A stretch of 64,000 bases of DNA from Eledone cirrhosa (Eukaryota), in contig OZ024742.1 of the NCBI GenBank assembly GCA_964016885.1, forward strand, positions 306,528,001-306,592,000, given 5' to 3'. Position 1 is the stretch's first letter, and every line of letters begins with the position of its first letter. The notes beneath the pieces are model-generated. The model was given only the letters and a program-made list of their open reading frames with translations, was not told the DNA's origin and made no database searches. The translations under genes and the position numbers were made by a program. Positions 57,377 to 64,000 of this stretch are shown in pieces.

Positions 57377-60300
57377 CTGCAGTTTGGAGTGTTTCTGGTT
57401 AATAGAATTCGGGTGTCGAACCGAGACAACGATATAGATAGGTTCAATTAAGAACGGAGCACTAAATTACGGAAAGATTTTACGTGTCCTGCGAACCTGG
57501 TACAATTAGCTGTGGAATCTCTCTCAACTCAAGCTGACCGTTTACTTACAGAGAAAGAATAACATTAGACAAACAATCCTAGATAGCCTCCAAAAATCAA
57601 GAATCGTCATAGGTGAAATTCCTTGTGATCCTGGCTCATTTCAATTATATTTCCTTTGTTGATTATCTCCTAGCTGGAGATAATCAACAAGAAAATATGA
57701 TCTATTCAGTGATCCCAATTTAAATACACAAATATTTGAATAACCAGAAAACATGAAATCTTCAATTATTTATTTTTCAAGATTTTATAGATTTAAAATG
57801 TCAAATACGAGTTTGTGTTTTAACACTGAATAAGGAATTTAGTATTTGAGACAAACATTGATTATCAGAATAAATCTGAAAGTTTTATATATATGTATGT
57901 CTTTTCATGTGGGAAAAATAAACAATATATATAAGTCATAATAATAGGGAAATTGTTTGAACTTAAAAGAAAATATGAATGTGTGTAAATTAAATGAATG
58001 CTTTTACATATTTTAATTGAATTCATATTTGCTACTAATTTTCTATATTGTGTCAGTATATAATACAAACACACGCATACATACATATCTGTGTATATTT
58101 TAATATATTATATATGTATATATATATATATGTTTGTGTGTGTGTGTTTGTGTCCATATATATAGAGTGAGGGATATATATATACATATATACACAACAC
58201 AAATATACATGTGACAATGGTATAGGTGATTAAGTATGTTTATATATGTATGCATACATCATATACACACACATTCACACACACATATATATACACGCAT
58301 GCACATACAATTTTGTATATATATATATATATATATACAAAATTGCGTATATGTGCATGGTATGTGTGCGTTTACGAGATGTACTTCCTTTAAATAATTT
58401 TTAGTTATATAAATTAATGTTTAATTAATTGTTTTATTGCTTGCAAGTAATTTTCATGCGATAATGATTTAGTCAAATTTCTGATTACTGCTTTCTTCTT
58501 TTCTTCGAAGATGTCACCTTTCTAATTCTTAATAGGAATTTTGCATTTCAAACTAGTCCTGTCATTCTCTTTTTACATGCTGATCCGTCTTGGATATATT
58601 GAAGTAAGAGTATTCATTAGAATTTCAGGCCGAAACAGCTATATTTTTAATTTTGAGAAAATGAATCTTTACATCTACTGTTCTTTTCAAATTTGAGCCA
58701 CCATATCACTAATGGAATTAGAATGTCAAGTTTAGCAAAACGTACGATAAAATATCTGGTTGTATATATTTACGGCTTGTATATATTTCCAGCTCAAATC
58801 AATCTTCCTTTACCATGTCGATTAAATAAAGTATTGTTCAAGTATTTGTGTTCATTCAATTTACTACACATATCCAAACAGTTTCCAACAATTACAGGTT
58901 TCAATGTGTCTTGCTATTTTAACCCATCCACTTTAAAGCTAAGTGGTATCTCCTAATTAATCTTGACTCAGAGGATGTTTCTTCTGATGATTTTCCAATT
59001 TTGATATCTTGTGCTTATGTCAAGAAACAATCATTTAACCAACTAGAATATTAGTATTGAGTTGTTCGATATATTTGATATACTGCAGGGCATGGTTTCA
59101 AATCACTTTTTAAAGCTACAATACATTGTAGATATACGTAGAGGTATAGTTAATAATATTGAATCCAGTGTTTGACTGCTTCTCATTTTGTCGATCTCCA
59201 GGGATTTAAACGAATATTCATCACCATCATCATCAATCGTCTACGAATTGTACTTGCAAATCCTCATCTCTAGAGGATTTGGTTGCCATTGTTCCATGTC
59301 TTAGAACATTGCATTATGTTGAGCAGCTGCTCATTACATGAATAATGTTGCTATTGTGGTCTACGCTCTTGATTTCCTTTAAACCAATGACGGCAGAACG
59401 GACATTCAGTGGCGATTCTCAACTCTTTCCTGAAAACGTTTTAGAGACACCAGTATCAGTTGATGAAATACACCTAAAGACGTGCAATAAATCCTTGAGA
59501 CTAATGTTTCTCCCTATTCGCCTCCTGCGTGATATAAAATGATTCAAAATATTGATGAAAAGGTCAAAGTGTAGCGCAAGATCATAAAAGTGTTCTGATA
59601 CTTTCTTTCCTCTAATGCGTTCAGAGTTAAACTCAGTAATGATTGCAGTAAAACATATAAATGAAATAGATCCACTGAATACATTGCGGTCAGTGCTCTC
59701 AATTATGCATCCTTCTGTACAATATCCTAGCATTCTACGAGCCACATACACTATAAAGCCAAGCAGTACATCCTTCACAGCGGCTACGAAAGTAGTCGAT
59801 GTAATTTCAGGCTACACATTGAAATCGAATAACATTATGACCCTAGCGCTATATATTGTATACAATTATGGGCAAACATCCCACTTCTCACTGTTTCATT
59901 TGTCTCAATAAATATTGTATTAAAAGGGCCACGGTGCCTGCTATTATTGTGGCTATTTATTCCCAGGATATTGTAACCGATGAAAGTGTTTTTATCTACT
60001 GCAAGACTGCAGCTACAAGGAATTGCTATTGGAGCTAATAGTTCAAATCGTCATTTTTTTCACAAATTGAAATATTCTCATTAGTTAAATATTAATCATA
60101 TTTCCGATATATTTACAAACACTTAGTTCTCTTTATCAAATAATTGATAGCTGGTCAAATGAATTTTGACATTGCCTAACATTTTTTTTTTTTTATTATT
60201 ATTCTTAATCATCTATCCTTACACCAAGGTGTTTCGTCTGATATAGGAAATACAATAGACCATCATCCCTTTTTATTTCGATATTTAACATTTCCATAGC

Positions 60301-61200
60301 TTCTTTAATAATCATTCTCCAGCAAAGTTCAAGAAACCATTGTAGGCAATGAACCGAGTGTACTAATCTAAACAAGGGTTTTTCAGAAATCTCAATGAAG
60401 TATAATTTTACAACACTTGACAGTGTTGATAGATGTTTGAACACGATGCTTTATTATTAAATATGACACAACCACTATTTGTTTTATATAAGGAAATATT
60501 TCTTTTAATTCCTGTTGTGTTCACTAAGAATATTCTCAGAACAGAATATTCAAATGTTATAATAAGAATTGCATATGTAATTAGTCACATTTATTAATAT
60601 AGTTTCATGCATTAATACAAACATATGATGAAGCAACAGACTTAAATATCGGTATTCAAACACATTTTGATGCACGGTTACACACATTTAATCTAATCAC
60701 TAGAGATGAATACATACAAGGATAAATGCAAGCATTTGTGACTGTGTGTGACTGCGTTCGTATGCATACCGATGTGCGCAATTATAAATGCAACTATAAC
60801 TTCGGAGAAAGAATGAAAATATATTCACACATCCGTACATTTTTGTAAGATTCTGTAAGACAATGTGTACATAAACATATTCGTGTCTCCAGGCCAAATA
60901 GATTAATTATTAATTAAAACCAATTTCAGATCATACATACCTGTAGGCTTCTCAAATATATACGTATCTGACCTATAATCTAATTATAACAAATAACAAG
61001 TGGACCGTTATTCAGAAAATTCTGATACCACAAACAGATTCTTTCAAATGCATAAACGAAAGAAAGGAAAAAAGACGAAATACCAAAAACTATCAAAATA
61101 ACAAGAAACAGCAGCGCATTGATTTCAAGAGCACGTCAGTCTATCCGCTTCAAATATAGTTGAAATGATCAGATGTTTGCATACAAAGTGTAATTGAGAC

Positions 61201-61387
61201 ATAATTGTTTCTACTTTTGGCACAAGGCCAGCAATTACCCAGTGCATTACTGGTACTTTATTTTATCGACCCCGTAAGGATGAAAGGCAAAGTCAACCTC
61301 GGCGGGATTTGAACTCAGATCGTAAAGGGACGTAACTATGCTGGAAAGCATGGCGTCCGACCCTCTACCGATACTGCCAATCCACCG
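61201..61387 (-). mobile_element. SINE
   Basis: Family consensus; short GACATAAT duplication. Confidence 0.9.
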
Positions 61388-62586
61388 ACATAATGGATCA
61401 AAGCAAGAGTTCTTTTTTTCTAAAAGCACACACTCCTCTTATTTTGGATTACCAGGTTCGTGACTGCGATTAACAAGATGAAATATAACCAATATGATTA
61501 TATTATCTACGTTTATTTCACATAAATATTGAAGCTAGATTTCGAATGGAAAATAAACTGCACAATTTATACTCTTTAATAGTGTTTAAAATAATATATC
61601 TATGTGGGGTTTGTATCCCTAATACAAAAAAAAATTCCATCCTTCATTGCAAAATAAGTACATATTAAGTGGAAAGTATGAATAACAACGAAAATGTTGG
61701 GACATGACTACCATGTCAAAGAAGATATCTACGTAAAATATTTACAAAACACTTTTGAACTCTAATATCGTCTTTTGTGTTTGGATTATGTATAATATAA
61801 TAAACCTCATGGGATTGGTGTTAATTAATTCCGTTTTGAATTCAAACTCTCGATATAAACACAGTACCATATTACTCAATACATATAAAATACATCTCTG
61901 GAAAGATTACTTCACACAGAGAGGTTTATTTCGCGTAAGAGGCAACATGTATCATAATGAAGCATAAATTACCATGTTAAACAAAAAATAAATAGTATAT
62001 AATAGACCAGCAATCGTTTTGCGTAAATTAATCACATTAAATGCATAAATTCATGTGACATATCTGTAACAAATAATCACTTGGTTTACTTCTATATGTA
62101 TATCCTGAATTTGAATCACATTTTTGTATCCTGAGAATATTTTCTCATGAGCATTAGATAATTGAAAACTTCAAATACTTTATTTTTGGTATGTTAGCAA
62201 TTGCTTGTTTGGTAGAGTACTATAGAAAAAGAACATAAATCTAGCGCAGAAGACGGAAAATAAATGTAAATTATCCTACTAGATGAAAAGTAGTAAATAG
62301 AATTGCATGACACATGATTGATAAAAAACTACTACTATATATTATATAAATGTGTGTGCATGTGTGATGAAAGAGAGACAGGGGGAGGAAAGAGAGGGAG
62401 GGGTAGAGAGAGGGGAGAGAGAGAAATATAGTTTGTGTCACCTATGTTGTAAATCAACTTGACTTTTGTAGTGGGATGTATAAAAAAGAAATTTTCAAAA
62501 TATCGCAATGCTAGCAACAAGCAACTGTCTGTGTATATGCGCGCGTGTGCGTATGGGTCTTTTGTGCATATATATATGATGTATAT

Positions 62587-62920
62587 TATCGGTAGAGGGT
62601 CGGACGTCATGCTTTGACGCATAGAGTTACGGCCCTTTCCATTCTGAGTTCAAATCCCGCCGGGGTCAACTTTGCCTTTCATCCTTACAGGGTCGATAAA
62701 ATAAAGTACCAGTAATGTACTGGAGAATTGCTGGCCTTGTGCCAAAAGTAGAAATAATTATATATATATATATATATATAAAGAGTTACGGCCCCTTATG
62801 GTCTGAGTTCAAATCCCGCCGAGGTTAACTTTGCCTTTCATCCTTACGGGGTCAATAAAATAAAGTACCAGTCATGCACTGGGATAATTGCTGGCCTTGT
62901 GCCAAAAGTAGAAACAATTA
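62587..62920 (+). mobile_element. Two tandem SINEs separated by (TA)n
   Basis: 62587-62760 and 62781-62920. Confidence 0.9.
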
Positions 62921-62939
62921 TATATATATATATGTTTTA

Positions 62940-63624
62940 ATGAAGTATTTCCGTACGAAAGGTAAAGGAAAAGAGAGTGCTCTATGTAGGCAACAGAGCT
63001 TTTTAGTTATGTAATAAACACCACAAGATAATTATTTCATTCCCAGTGGTTTCTTGAAGACAGGTATGTATATCTGTCGTCAGTCGTCAGAATGAATAAC
63101 ATAGAATGTTTATTAAATATGGATTTGAAAACAAAATTTAGGAAATATGAAAGTGAGGCTGAAATCAAATAACGGGCAAAAAATTGAAGGGGAAAAAATA
63201 TATAAATAAATATCCCGAACATAAACATACACACACTCAAACACACGCTTATACGTAATAGTACGTAAGCGTATACATTCTCACATAAGTGTATGTGCGT
63301 CTACATGGAAATACGAACACACACATATAAACGTGTGATCATTTGCTCACACATGCGCACACTCACACATGTACTCAAAAATAACGTTAGTATTGAGTAT
63401 TTCCATGTAGACGCACATACACTTATGTAAGCGTGTGTTTGAGTGTGTGTATGTTTATGTTCGGGATATTTATTTATATATTTTTGGCCCGTTATTTGAT
63501 TTCAGCCTCACTTTCATATTTCCTAAATTTTGTTTTCAAATCCATATTTAATAAACATTCTATGTTATTCATTCTGAAGACTGGTAAATTAAATAATTAT
63601 CTTATGTTGTTTATTACATAACTA
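62940..63624. mobile_element. Family F fold-back with damaged HHRs
   Basis: The minus HHR at 63036-63096 has lost its cleavage triplet. The plus HHR at ~63574 is internally deleted (CTGAAGACTG|GTAAAT). Same termini as 18772-19083. Confidence 0.85.
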
Positions 63625-63646
63625 TATATATATTTATATATATGTG

Positions 63647-63742
<96 letters not shown>

Positions 63743-64000
63743 TATGCATGCGTGTGCCTGTGTGAGTGTGTGTGTGTGAGTGAGTGTAGCTTCATCATAT
63801 GTTTGTATTAATGCATGAAACTATGTTCTTATGGTCAAGATTTCGATTCAAGTCACCTAATTGATGTATCCATCCCCACAAATGACAATATATCTACCAG
63901 GGAAATAGAGAAACTATCCAAATATAAAGATCTAGAGATAGAAATAAACCGAATGGGGATGATGAAGACAGAAACAATACCTATAATGAGAGGTGCTCTG

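Overview
AT-rich, microsatellite-dense eukaryotic DNA, most likely from an octopod cephalopod (inferred from the SINE family). I find no convincing host gene. The window is dominated by Penelope-like retroelements (PLEs). There is one near-full-length Naiad-type element (RT + GIY-YIG, 28286-32622, minus), three 5'-truncated Naiad-type copies, a Neptune/Nematis-type fragment and an old PLE RT relic. About a dozen non-coding PLE-derived families also sit in (TA)n tracts. Reading by eye I find roughly 25 complete or mutated type-I hammerhead ribozyme (HHR) motifs plus several half motifs. Many have palindromic minimal stem III, a non-canonical first pair in stem II, or a U3:A8 core swap. The main structural pattern is that most insertions are asymmetric fold-backs with both 3' ends pointing outward into (TA)n. 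In each family one arm ends at a fixed 'short' TA site and the other at a fixed 'long' TA site about 45-140 nt further on, and a shared GAGYRCT box often lies between them. Three non-coding HHR units occur as head-to-tail repeats (430, 530 and 659 nt) and are candidate circular retrozyme RNAs. Also present: about 12 tRNA-derived SINEs, a non-autonomous Helitron, a TTAA-flanked MITE, an RTE-type LINE fragment and a decayed gag-like ORF1. All folds and alignments were done by eye, so coordinates may be off by a few nt.
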